64,000 nt of DNA from Octopus sinensis (lineage: Eukaryota): contig NC_043003.1 of assembly GCF_006345805.1 (NCBI RefSeq), positions 12,586,001-12,650,000 on the forward strand, written 5' to 3'. Shown in pieces: positions 50,440 to 63,207 of this stretch; position 1 is the stretch's first letter; the number at the start of each line of letters is the position of its first letter. The notes below the pieces were generated by a model. That model saw only the letters and a list, made by a program, of their open reading frames with translations, did not search any database and was not told the origin of the DNA. The translations under genes and the position numbers were made by a program.

Positions 50440-50493
50440 GTAATGTTGTCACAAGAGAAGTTCTTAGAAAATGTACCAACATCGAATGTTTAA
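50440..50493 (+). CDS. PPFIBP1: Liprin-beta terminal coding exon L: VMLSQEKFLENVPTSNV-stop
   Basis: ccattgtag acceptor in phase 0; TAA stop at 50491-50493. Begins xML and ends SNV like human liprin-beta-1 (HML...DSNV). Confidence 0.85.
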   Translation, partial: VMLSQEKFLENVPTSNV

Positions 50494-52088
50494 TTCTCCT
50501 TGATCTCCAACAACAGATACCACCAGCCTTTTGATATACAACACAATCGAAATTTGGATTCTTTGCATTCTAGGAATGAGCCTTTGCTGTTTATAGTCAA
50601 ACCTACAATCATCATTGTCATCATCATCACATTAAATATGCTACTATTATTATTATTACTACTACTACTACTGTAGCGAGCTGGCAGAATTGTTATTGTG
50701 TTGGATGAAATACTTACAGCATTTCTCCCGGCTCCCTACATTTTTTAGTTCAAATATCGCCCAGATCACCTTTACCTTTCATCCCTTCAGGGTTGATAAA
50801 ATAGGTACCAGTAAAGTACTGAGGTCTACGCAATTAAGTAGCTCCCACCTGCAAAATTTGAGGCTTTGTGCCTAAAGTAGGAAGGATTATTTTTTTTTTT
50901 TTTTCTACTGTTACTACTTCTACAACTGGTTATGCTACCAATTTTGTTTTTAGATACCATTCTTTCCAGTCCCTGAATTTTCTACTTAGATTTTTAGCAC
51001 ACACACCCCCCCCCCCCCCCTTTTTTTTTTACCTTTTAGTCATTCTGATTTAATTCTTATCAATACACCTGAACAAGTTCTGGAAGATAGCTTTATTATC
51101 TGTTTTACCAAAGCTAAACTGCCCTTCTCCTTACTTTAAATTATCCTCCTTAAAAACTTGCAGTTTGAGAGCAGGATCTGTAAAGTAGGGTAATTACCGT
51201 TTTCTTTTAATTAATTTCATTTATCATGTTTCTACCCACCTAATGCTCTATTTTTTCATATTGAAACTATTTACTTAGTTTCATGTTTCTTGTGTGATAT
51301 CAAAAATATATAAATATTTGATATTTAATTATCATTTATTTCTCTACTCTTCTCCTGCTCTTTTAGCTTTCAGTTCTAATAAGTTTCTCATACCATAAAT
51401 TTGTGGTTCTGTTTTATTTCTCTCAGTATCTCATATTCTTTATTTCTCTGAAGAAGAAAATTATTTAAAAAATAACCCACAAAAACGATGGGAAATTTTT
51501 ATATAAAATGTAAATGTTTTTAATGTTGGATTAGCATAAACCAACAGACAAACAAAATTTTTATTTATAACTTCATTGTCATTTAAAAATCTGACAATAT
51601 AATAACTAAATTTCAATGTCTTTCTGAATAGAATTTTTTTTTTCTTCAACAATCAGGCGTACTCAATACATTGCAAAGATGCATTTTATGATGATAATTT
51701 ACAAATATTTCTATGGTAATTTCTACACAAAGATTTACACCATGATTTCATCGAAAGAGAATTATTTTCATACATTCATTTCTTAATACAATAGTCTGAA
51801 TAGGTTTGCTGTATATCATTTGTAAAATAAATATTTCTAAAGGTAAATGTTTTCATCCGACTATGACTGACATCTACTGCTCTACATATATATATATATA
51901 TATTATATATATATATATACACACACACATACATACATACATACATGCACACAGTTTCACTCCCTCATCACTGGCAAACAAGTCATTCATTTCTAGCTTT
52001 TTTTTTAAATAAAATTTGAGGCATTCGAGTCTTAATTCTTCTCCTTTGCTCCCTTATGTTATTATCATCATCATCATTATTATTTTTA

Positions 52089-52133
<45 letters not shown>

Positions 52134-54480
52134 CCCAGTAAGTAAAGAAAAAAAGATCAACAAAACAAAATCCTCGGTTACCCTTTCATTTAAAAACAAA
52201 AAAGATATCAAATATCAAAAAGAAAGCAACGAACACATTCATAGATGTCTGTTAGTGCCTATGAAACCAGTTGTCTGATGATCTGCTTGGATCTCTCGTA
52301 TTCATGTAGTTCAAATATGTTTTTTTATTTTCCTTTCAAATACTGGTCATAGTATACAGAGCAGGCTTGATTCAGAATAACAAACACACAAACTTGTAAG
52401 AGCAACTTACAAGTAAACCCCTTGATTCCTGATTCATTTCATACGTACCCCTAATACCCCCCCCACACACACACACCTTTTTTTTTTAATCATTGTCTTT
52501 TCTTAAAGTTCATTCAACAGTTGTCTTCCATATTTGCTGCACTGTATATCTTCATGTATTGTTTATAATGTAATAATGTCTATATTTTTAAGTTTGGTGA
52601 ATATCAGTTCTTGGTCGCCAGTGATATATGAAAATTCTGTATTGGACACAAGTTCTGTTGCCATTTTCCTCCTATCGTCTTATCTCTCCTCCTCCTCCTC
52701 CTCATCATCATCATCATCATTTGATGTCCCCGTTTCCATATTTGCATGGGTCAGACAGAATTTACTACTGAGGCAGATTTTCTCCCGCTGGATGCCCTTC
52801 CTGTCACCAACCTTCACTTGTTTCCTAGTAAGGTAGTATTACCCTGTGACCAGACATGTGGTTCACAGAAGACTGGAAACAAACAGCATTGTCTGTGTGA
52901 CGATAATGCTGATTTACAGCCATCATGTGATGTCAAGACAAGGCTACACACACACATGTGCATGTGCATGGGCAGTGGACTTCTTCCAGTATCCTTCTCT
53001 CAAATCTACTCGCAAGGCTCTGGTCAGCCTCTGGCAATAGTAGAAAATACTTGCCCAAGGTACTGTATAGTGGAACTGAACCTGAGACTACATGGTTGAG
53101 CAGCAAGCTTCTTACTCATACAGCCACCGCTGCCCTTATTTATATAATAGTTTTAAACATAAATTTATGAAGCATTTCAGCATCTGTCGTATATTCCAAC
53201 CTTAGGTCACTATCTATAAATGAATAAGGCTTTAGTTTTTTAAAAAAGTCATAATTTACTTTGTTACAGTAGTAAATAATTTGAGTTACATAAGTTACAT
53301 TATATTTCTACTTGTCCCCTTTCTGTAATTTGAGACTGTTCCCTGAAACATCTTCACCACCATTGATTCTTTTCCAATTGGGATAACCATGTATCTCTCT
53401 ACAGCAAGAAAACCTCTTTCTGTCCTTCTGTCATACTTTAGCTTCTCAGCACCTGGCATAGAACCACCTCTCTCAATATCACCACCAGCCCCTCAGTTGA
53501 AGGGGGTCTTGTCTTGCAAGTTACTTGGTCACCTCACTAGTGCTGGTGCCATGCAAAAAGCACAGTACACTCTGTAAAGTGGTTGGTGACAGGAAGAGCA
53601 TCCCAGCCATAGAAATCTTGCTAAAACATACACTGGAGCTTGGTGCAGTCCTCTCGCTTGCCAGCTCCTGTCAACCCCTCAACCCAGACCAACAGATGTT
53701 CAATGATGGTGATAATGATATTACCCTTCGTTATTTCACTAAAACAACTAGTATTTATTAATAATGTATTAATAACTTCTGAATTTGTGTTGTCTGACCA
53801 CAGTTTTGGTTGGTTTAATATAATTTCTCTGCTCTAATTTCTCCCTAAAAATCTTTGTCCCAGTTTCTCTCAGCATCAGTTTTAGTATTTTTGAAAGCAA
53901 TCACATCAGGAACTCTACCTTTAAACCTAAATCATTCATTTATGTCGTGATTCAGTCATCTTAGAGATTAAGACGATGAGGTGATGGTGAGATGCTAGCT
54001 AGTAGGTTTGTTGATCGAGTTTAATTTTAAGTGATTACATTTCACCCCCAGATCATTGTGTAGGTCACATACTTCTGACAGACTTGCTAGCAATAAGCAA
54101 GATATGCTGTGGTGGGTCTTATCCAGAATTTCAAGGCATTAAACACTAGTTTTTTTTTAATGGACTTTGTGAAACCTGTTGATAAACCTAGTTTTTCACA
54201 GAATCTTTTACCTCCGATCTTTTGAAGTCAGCATTCCAAGCTAACACAATCCTTATTGCCCATAAAATGCGCTTGTGTTGAGTGTAGAAAAACTATATCT
54301 CTAAGATTACTACTTAATGATGAAGAGAGGGAACTGAAGTCCAGTGTTCTTGTTCATGATAAGACACAGCATTATTTATATTTTAGTCCATGGACTGATA
54401 TCTGGATAGTTCTGCCAGTAGTTAATAAATAGTAATTATTACAGTTAATCAAAAAAATCATTGCAATTGTATTCAGTTCT

Positions 54481-54520
<40 letters not shown>

Positions 54521-54931
54521 CAGTTTAATATTAAACTGAAAATTTACTCAATACTATATTGTAGAGTACATTTTCATTAAACTTTTACAAGAAGAGGGTG
54601 ATTGTGACTTCGAAGTATTCGACCTGCTAACCTTTGCTGGACAGTCCAAAAAAAGGCTAGCAGATGAAGCTTTCAAGTCATTGTCACCTCTTGTCCTGCA
54701 AAAGTTGAATAAATATACATGCATACATACATATATATGTATGTGTGTGTGTGAGATAGAGAGACTCACACCCTAGCAAATTTATTGTACCCCCAGTCGA
54801 AGAGGAAGTGAGTTCAATATGTCTTTGCTGCAGAGCTGCTTCATTTTCCTTTTATCTCTGAATCCAGGACATTTTTTTTAAATAATACCAAGCTGTTCCA
54901 TTAAACAAAAACTGAGTATGTAAATAATTTA

Positions 54932-55444
54932 CCGTAAATCCTTGAGTATAATCCGCATTTTTTCCCCAAAATTTAAAAGTCAAAATCCCTAGTGCATATT
55001 ATACACGAGGTTAAGAATGAAAATTATTTTCTAAGCAATGTTCGAGTCTCAGTATGCTGTCCGACAATGTTTATTCAGACGCATTTTGTGATGTCAGACG
55101 CGAAAATACCTTAAGCTAAGCCAGAAAGCAATGAAGTCATAAAAGAATCACCCATAACTTGCAATAAGCAACATTTATTAAACGTTATTACTGTTATTTC
55201 TTTATTTTCTGCAAACAAAATGCCCAAAAAAGCTACACGTTTGCATTATGTTATATATACAATTATAATAAAGGACATTACCTTATACATTTTTACAAAT
55301 TAAGGACGTTTATATATACCTCCTTGACTCAAGTTAGTGAAGGGGTGTGTATTATACACAAGGTTTAGGTTTTTTAGAGGCACAGCCCCCTAAAAATCCC
55401 CTGTGTATTATACTCAAGAGCGGACTATACTCGAGGATTTACGG
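54932..55444. mobile_element. Tc1/mariner-superfamily (Tc2/pogo-like) non-autonomous element
   Basis: TA|CCGTAAATCCTTGAGTATAATCCGC ... GCGGACTATACTCGAGGATTTACGG|TA gives a 25-bp TIR with 2 mismatches and a TA duplication. Confidence 0.85.
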
Positions 55445-56413
55445 TACACCAATGATAAATAAATATATAGATGTAAACCTGTGTAATGACGTACACATTA
55501 ATGTTTGTAACAAATATGTAAATAGTATATTTTCCATACTGTCTGCCTGTAGCTTTCAATGACTGATTCACCACAAGTTGTCTTCCTTTCTTCGAATATG
55601 TGAGTGCTGTGTGTTTGTGTGTGTAACTTTGTGGATAAAGTATCCTGTGTTAGTGTAGATTTATTATAGAGATAACAAGATTTCACTGGTTCATGGCTCT
55701 ATAGTAGTCATATATATTATATACTGTTTGTATTGAGTGTATATGTATATACATTGTTCTTCCTAATGATTATTTCTGATAAAAACCTTTCTACACACAC
55801 ATCTTTCTATAATATACGTTTGTGTGTTTCTGTGTTTGTATGTATATATGTGTGTATGTATATATATATATATATATATAAATATAGTCTACATATTTGT
55901 GTGTCAGTGTGTCCCTCTCCTATATATATATATATATATATGTACACACACGCATGCATGCATACACACACACTGATTTGTGTGCATGCGTACTCATTCA
56001 TATTCCTATATGGTTGAAAAAAAACATAATTATAATAATACAACTAATTTTGTTCTTTGACAAAACTGATCACCATTTCTATTTTTCTCATGTATATATA
56101 AATTTCCAAAATGAATCCAAGAAGCTAGGCTTTCTATAGCATTGTAATACTTCCCAAGTGCCTTCCAGTAAAGAGAAAAGCTCTCAGCTTTGCTTTTATC
56201 CTCTTCCCTGACTCTGTGCAACAAAATTCATCACATCTACACATTTGTCTAGTGGTATATTCTGTGTGTGATTTCTTAAAAGAAGCAGATAGATATTTAA
56301 GTGTGCTGGTGGAATATTTGGACTTTTTTTTTTTTAATTTATGTAATGATTGTTGAACTTTTCTTTTAGAAATGAAGAAAAATATTACATATAAACATGT
56401 ATGTATAAATGTT

Positions 56414-56454
<41 letters not shown>

Positions 56455-57427
56455 GAAAAAATGTTTATATTTTAAGGTAGTTTATACCTATTTGGTTTGT
56501 CTTCATTGCTGATTGTTCAATATCATGTTATTTTCTTCAGATTACCTGGTTTTCTTTTTTGCCTCTTGTTTCTTTCCCACCAAAATATAGTGTATACATG
56601 TGTGTGTAAACTATAACAAGGTTTCTTCATAACAAGAGAAAATCATTACTGTCTAAGCATAGAAAGAGAACGCAATTTTAATTTCATAAGTTTCCCTTAT
56701 AAAACAATTTAAATGAATCTGTAATTGACTTGAAAAATACCTGTGGTTTTTTGTGGGGTTGTTAATATTTTATTTTAATTTTAGATATTTGGTGTGCTGA
56801 AATATAAATAAATCTCTTGTGGTATAGTCCCCAAGCAGGCCTTGGATTCATACCAGAAAGGATTAAGAAATTCAGTCAGGATTATCTTCTTATGCTGTGA
56901 ATAGTTGACTGTAATTTGTACAAAACTCAGGAACCTGTATAATATCACAGGAATTATATAAAACAAGTCACTCTGATTCATTTTCCTATTTAGATTTCTT
57001 ATTAATTAATTTACAAATGATACCTCTACGTATAGCTATGTGTATGTATTCATTGTAAATATGCAGGTAGGTGTTTGTGTTGATTTTCTTATAATTTCAA
57101 GTTGATAGTTTAGGCAGTAAGCTTAGGTTGTTTGTTGTAGCCTCATTTGAGCTAAATCCAAAGACATATAAATGCAATGTGATACACACACACACACACA
57201 CACTGCTGATATCAAACATTGAGAATGAGTGCTCAACACAGCATTAGTGGATAAATATTCTTTATTTTTAGTTTAACAAGCAACCAATTGTTTCATGTGA
57301 AGAGATCTTCACAATTGTTCAAGTATGTCACATGGAAGTGTTAGTACTCATCTCCATGTGGCACACTTGAACAATTGTGAAGCTCTGTTTGCATGAAACC
57401 ATTGGTTGCCTTGTTAACCCACAAATG

Positions 57428-57429
<2 letters not shown>

Positions 57430-57489
<60 letters not shown>
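57430..57489. repeat. (TA)n microsatellite, representative of many (TA)n, (TG)n, (TAT)n and (CAT)n tracts
   Basis: About 30 perfect TA units. Others at about 24783, 24962, 47181 and 52090. Confidence 0.95.
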
Positions 57490-57496
<7 letters not shown>

Positions 57497-59492
57497 TACT
57501 AGAGGTAGATAAAACATGTAAATATTATGATAAAAACACCCTTGGATGAAAAAAGTCAAAGGCTTTTTGTGGGACATGAACCTACATCTTCTGTAAAATT
57601 ATTTATCCTTAGGGTTTCCAACACAATATTCTACACAGTACTATTTATAGCTTTTCTACTTTGAGTTCCACTATAAAACACAATAGATTTCTCTTGAAGT
57701 TTCTAAATTCTTATGATGTAACTGATTTATAGTTTACTTTTCCCTTAAGGCCAGATCAACAAAAGAAAAGTATTCCATTCAGTGAGAGCCTGAACATTGC
57801 TTGGAGATGCAAGGTGTGTTATTAAAGCTTGCCTGGACAATGCATGAAACATCTCCAATGCATGAAACTGTTGGTAGCTCGTAACTGTATACTGTGTACA
57901 TTAAATTATATGTATGTGTGTGTGTATGTGGATGGATGGGGGAATGTGCTGTGTGCCTAAATTTGTGAATAACCGAACACTTTAGATGTGAATTAACTGT
58001 ATGCGAGTGTACAAAAAAGAGTTGTGTACAAAATAAAGTCCATATCAAGATGACTTAGACTGACACCTTTACTCTCTCACACAAACACACACACACATAC
58101 ATTCAACACATGTGTATCTGTAATCACATTATTTACTCCCCATCATTTCATACATTTTTTGAAAAAATCTTTAAAATTAACAAAGAGTTGGGAAGTACCA
58201 TCATGGAACTAGTTTTTTTTTTTTTTGTTGCTGTTGTTTGTTTGTTTGTTTTTTCTCTTCATTAACCACTTTGGTGTCCATCTGTCTCCTTACCATTCTC
58301 CCATGTGACATTATCGTTCCAATAATGACTGCCAAATAGCATTTAGATTTCTCCCTGTTTCAGAACTTCCATTTCTTATCTGCTGCTACCACAAAACTCT
58401 AAACCAATGACTCTTGTTTCAGATTCTAACGTTTGACATTTTTTCCTCTTGTTTGCCTGTCTTCTCTCCCCCTCACCCCCATCCATTCATTTTCTTCCAT
58501 TTTTCTTTTTCTTTTCTAACGTCTTTCATTTCTTCTCATACACCTTCTCTCTCCTTATATTATAACCCTTCATTTTTATCTTATAGTCTCTCCCATTTCG
58601 TTACACAAACAACTGCCCTGGAGGCATACTGATGAAAGATAAAGTCTTTCTTTGGTTCTGTTTTTAATGGCACTGGATTGCTGGAATTTCTCTTTTTTTT
58701 CTTTTTTTTTAATAAAAAAAAAATGCATATATAATTAAAACAAGGAACTGTTTTGCATGAGTGTGTGTATAAATATATATGTATATATGTACACATACAA
58801 ACATGCACTTATATATATATACAAATATTTTATAGTTCATCTGTGGTTTTGCAGGACTTATGAGGTAAAACAAAACTGATAAAGTAAAACAAACAGCCAG
58901 ATAATTCTGGCTCAAGAAAAAAAAAACCAAAAGTAAAAGATGAACCCTTATATTCTGGAAGTTTTTTCATGAGGCATGTTACAAATCCTAAGAGAAAGAC
59001 ATTTTATATTAAACAATATCAATAGAAACATTTTAATTATTAATTTTTTTTTAATGACAAATATTGTATTAGTTTTTGACTATAGTAAAGTTTTAATTGA
59101 ATTTATTTATTTCAAGTTTTTATTGTTTCTTTCTTTTAATTTCATCGTCTTTATTTGATTTTTTTTTTTTCTATTTTCTTAAATTTTGTGCATGTCAAGT
59201 TAGAATAAAGCTTTAGTTATTAAAAACAACCTGGAGTATCTTCTTGTCATCGATGTAATTCCAATTGTTTCTCTATTGTATTATGATGAAGCGGTGGTAA
59301 GTCCTTAACCTTTAAATGGCAAGTATGAATCGATACCTCAGCATCTACTTCATCAGATGTGCCAGAACGGAAGCAGTCCTCATTAATGGCAGAATTCAAA
59401 TTACAAACGGAAGATTTATACAGCGGTGATAAAAAAATTTTTCACCTTCCTTGATCATCATATGATGATGATGATGCTTTAGATAAAAAAAA

Positions 59493-59788
59493 AAACATTC
59501 GAGCAAGGTCGTTGTCAGTGCCGCTGGACTGGCTCCTGTGCAGGTGGCACGTAAAAGCACCATTTGAGCGTGGCCGTTGCCAGTACCGCCTGACTGGCCT
59601 TCTTGCTGGTGGCACGTAAAAGCACCCACTACACTCTCAGAGTGGTTGACGTTAGGAAGGGCATCCAGCTGTAGAAACTCTGCCAGATCAGATTGGAGTC
59701 TGGTGCAGCCATCTGGTTCGCCAGGCCTCAGTCAAATCATGCAACCCATGCTAGCATGGAAAGCGGACGTTAAATGATGATGATGATG
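59493..59788 (+). mobile_element. Family C element
   Basis: Core, palindrome and (GAT)n tail present. Confidence 0.8.
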
Positions 59789-60384
59789 TCTGGAAGCAAA
59801 AAGAAAGTAAATATTGTACAACAGTTTTCTGATAATAAGTTTGTAAATTTTATTGGGCTAACAATTATCATAGTTTTTGTGCTTATTTAAAGTGAAAATA
59901 GGTATAAAAATTATCATCATTTAACATGTTTTTCATATTGGTATGGGATTTGATGGTTTGACAGAATCCAGTGAGTCACAATTGAGTTCCAGTGTTGACT
60001 TTGGCATGGTTTCTACAGCTTGATGATGTTCCTAATGCCAAGCACTTTACAATGTATATTGAGTGCTTTGTTTCGTGCTACTGGCACCAGTGAGGTTGTC
60101 AAAGTAACTTGCTGGACACGAAAGAGTCCCCTCAACTATTTATGTGGTGGGTGTAGGTGGCTTTAAGCCAGATGCTGAGAGGCTAAAGTACAATAGAAGA
60201 ACAAGCACAAGTGCCTCACTATAAAATAAGTACCAGTTGAGCACTGGGGTTGGTGTAATCGACTTGGCCCTACCCCAACCTGAGTTTCAAACCAATATAT
60301 TAGCGTAAGTTTTTGACTTGGTGCAGACCAGTCTGTTTCATTTTATGAGCTATGTGGCTATGTGATTAAGAATATATATATATA

Positions 60385-60440
60385 TGGTTAGGATTCCTGG
60401 CTTTCACCCAGGCAGCCCAGGTTCAATTCCCGGCCTGGGA
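60385..60440 (+). pseudogene. 5'-truncated tRNA-Glu(TTC) fragment
   Basis: GGTTAGGATTCCTGGCTTTCACCCAGGCAGCCCAGGTTCAATTCCCGGCCTGGGA gives an anticodon arm CCTGG/CCAGG with TTC at 60403-60405, a T arm and the 3' acceptor strand. The 5' acceptor strand and A-box start are replaced by (AT)n. Confidence 0.8.
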
Positions 60441-60504
60441 GCACATGCTTTGTAGGCACAGGAATGGCTGTGTGGTAAGTAGTTTGCTTTCCAACCACAT
60501 GGTT

Positions 60505-60835
60505 CCGGATTCAACTGGTTCTTATTTTATCGACTTCGGTAAGATGAAAGGCAAAGTTGACCTCGGTGGAATTTCAAATCAGAATGTAAAGAGGGACGAA
60601 GTACCTATTTCTATTCCTTTACTACCCACAAGGGGCTAAACACAGAGAGGACAGACAAATGGATTAAGTCGATTATATCGACCCCAGTGCGTAACTGGTA
60701 CTTAATTTATCAACCCCGAAAGGATGAAAGACAAAGTCGACCACGGCAGAATTTGAACTCAGAATGTAACGGCAGACGAAATAATGCTAAGCATTTTGCC
60801 CTGCATGCTAACGGTTCTGCCAGCTCACCGCCTTA
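60505..60835 (-). mobile_element. Family A SINE plus partial tandem copy
   Basis: Reverse complement of the 49529 element. Confidence 0.8.
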
Positions 60836-61285
60836 GATAGATAAATATTAATAAACTATACAGCTATACGGTATAGATTTCCTACAAAAATTAATGATCG
60901 AAGCGATACACATAACATAAGGCTAATATAAACACAAACACAACTTATATTTGACAAACAGGATATGCGTGTAACTGATGATTTGTAACTCTAGTAGCTT
61001 GAATATGTGCCGGATAATAAGAAACAGTCAATTCTGGTTGTGAAAGCTGTACAAGTGACAAAAAAAAAAGATACAATACAGAAAACAATATGTCCTGATG
61101 ATACCGAAATAAACAGGGGAAAATTGTTCCAACAGCACACACACACACACGCACACTGAATCAGGCTCCAGTCTGATTTGGCTTGGTTTCTACGGCTGGA
61201 TGTCCTTCCTAACACCAACCACTCCAAGAGTGTAATGGGTGCATTTTTTACGTGTCACCAACATGGGTGCAATTTACATAACACC

Positions 61286-61672
61286 AGCGAGCTGGCAGAA
61301 TCGTTAGCACACCAGGCAAAATGCATAGCGGTAATTCGTCTGCCGCTACGTTCTGAGTTCAAATTTCGCCGAGGTCAACTTTGCCTTTCATCCTTTCGGG
61401 GTCGATAAATTAAGTACCAGTTACGCACTGGGGTCGGTGTAATTGACTTAATCCGTTTGTCTGTCCTCTCTGTGTTTAGCTCCTTGTGGGTAGTAAAGAA
61501 ATAGGTATTTCGTCTGCCGTTATGTTCTGAGTTCAAATTCCGCCGAGGTCGAATTCACCTTTCATCCTTTCGGGGTCGATTAAATAAGTACCAGTTAATC
61601 AACTTAATCCTTTTGTCTGTCCTTGTTTGACCCCTCTATGTTTAGCCCCCTGCGGGCAGTAAAGAAATACGG
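61286..61672 (+). mobile_element. Family A SINE dimer (second unit 5'-truncated)
   Basis: Core and long tail are repeated twice. Confidence 0.8.
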
Positions 61673-62096
61673 TTTTATTTAGTTTAACAAATCTTCTTAA
61701 GCACAGCATGTTGCAAACAGTCTCGGTCTCTTGTCATCACCTCCGTGACGCATATATATATATAATCAGACTCCAATGAGGCTGGTGTTGTTCTGTGTCG
61801 GCAAGGCTTATATAAATGTGGTAAAATGGATGAAAAGAGTACAGGGAACTCGACGTGAGGAGAGGAAAATCCAATGTCTCAGACAAAGTCCTCTTTGAAG
61901 GGTAAAGATGAATGCTGAAAGATTAATGAGGGACAGCTCAAAGAACCTTTTTCATTTTTTGTGAACTTATAGACAACTAATCGATATATATATTAGTTCA
62001 GCAACAATTTAGATTCAAATGAATATGGCACTTAATTTTGATGCACCAGAATTTTTTATGGTGTTACCCATAAAAATATGCGGGGTGATTATAATC

Positions 62097-62359
62097 AAAA
62101 ATAAGCAACAAGAATGAATTCGGTAATTTAGTACAATTGTTTCATACTACAACATTTTATTAAAAGCTGTAAATATTACAGCAGATTTAAGATGTTATTA
62201 ATTGATCTGAGAACTTTATATTATTGGAAAACCTATATAAAATTAGCTGAAGATTACTTGGCATCTTAAATCTGGTGTAATATTTACAGCTTTTAATAAA
62301 ATGTTGTAGTATGAAACAATTGTACTAAATTACCGGATTCATTCTTGTTGCTTATTTTT
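62097..62359. repeat. Long inverted repeat: 98-bp arms, 67-bp spacer
   Basis: 62097-62194 is the reverse complement of 62262-62359 with 2 mismatches. Confidence 0.95.
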
Positions 62360-62433
62360 TATATATATATATATATACGTACAAACACACGAGGGGCTTC
62401 TTTCAGTTTCCGTCTACAAAATTCACTCGCAAG

Positions 62434-63207
62434 CAGCGCCGCTGGATTAACCATAATGCAAAATAAGCACGTACTTAGGGCATCGAATGAAGAGTGAGTC
62501 ATCACAGAAATAGTAAATGGTTTACAGCACAAAAGAAATCACTAAATTTGCTTAAATCTTATATGAAGTAACCAGAAATATAATTTCGAAGTGTTCATGG
62601 TGTCGCAATGAAGATGTGATCAAAGACTGCAATTAAAAAGAATGAGAAAATTTGGAAGTATACAAGAATAAAACATTATTTTCCATCTTACTGTTAGATT
62701 CGTTTTATTTTGAAAAATAAAAATTTTAGGTGCTGGAGTGGCTGTGTGGTAAGTAGGTTGCTTACCAACCACATGGTCCCGTGTTCAGTCCCACTGCGTG
62801 GCACCTTGGGCAAGTGACTTCTACTATAGCCGTGTGAGTGGATTTGGTTGACGGAAACTGGAAGGAGCCCGTCGTATATGTGTATATATGCGTATATGTT
62901 TGTGTGTCTGTTTGTCCCCCCCCCCCAGCATCGCCTGACAGCCGATGCTGGTGTGTTTACATCCCCATAATGTAGCGGTTCGGTAAAAGACCGATAGAAT
63001 AAGTACTAGGCTTACAAAGAATAAGCTCTGGGGTCGATTTGCTCGACTATAAAGGCGATGCTGCAGCATGGCCGCAGTCAAATGACTGAAACAAGTAAAA
63101 GAGTAAAGAGTATGGTTTATTATTGTTTATATTTTGAATTCTATATATACGGGGGCACCAAAATATTTAAAGTGCTTACGATGTCTATGGGTCTTAATTC
63201 AGCCCTG
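62434..63207. mobile_element. hAT-like MITE with 8-bp TSD, nested in a SINE and containing a SINE
   Basis: Ends CAGCGCCGCTGGATTAA / TTAATTCAGCCCTG; TSD CTCGCAAG / TTCGCAAG. Confidence 0.75.
62729..63110 (+). mobile_element. Family B SINE, young, inside the hAT MITE
   Basis: Intact head and GAGTAAA-repeat tail. Confidence 0.85.

Larger units (their letters stand above)
50494..59230 (+). other. Putative long 3' UTR of liprin-beta (end uncertain)
   Basis: Follows the stop codon. U-rich, and 55450-59230 is nearly free of SINEs. AATAAA near 59205 lies just before repeat density rises again. Earlier AATAAA hexamers also exist. Confidence 0.35.

Noticed and set aside
61094-61120. Hammerhead-like CTGATGA...GAAA
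   Set aside because: There is no stem II between the motifs and no convincing stem I or III.
738-63081. Most ORFs in the supplied six-frame track
   Set aside because: They are short, low-complexity (poly-I/Y/F/H/T) translations of microsatellites or SINEs. Only those overlapping liprin exons or LINE remnants are meaningful.
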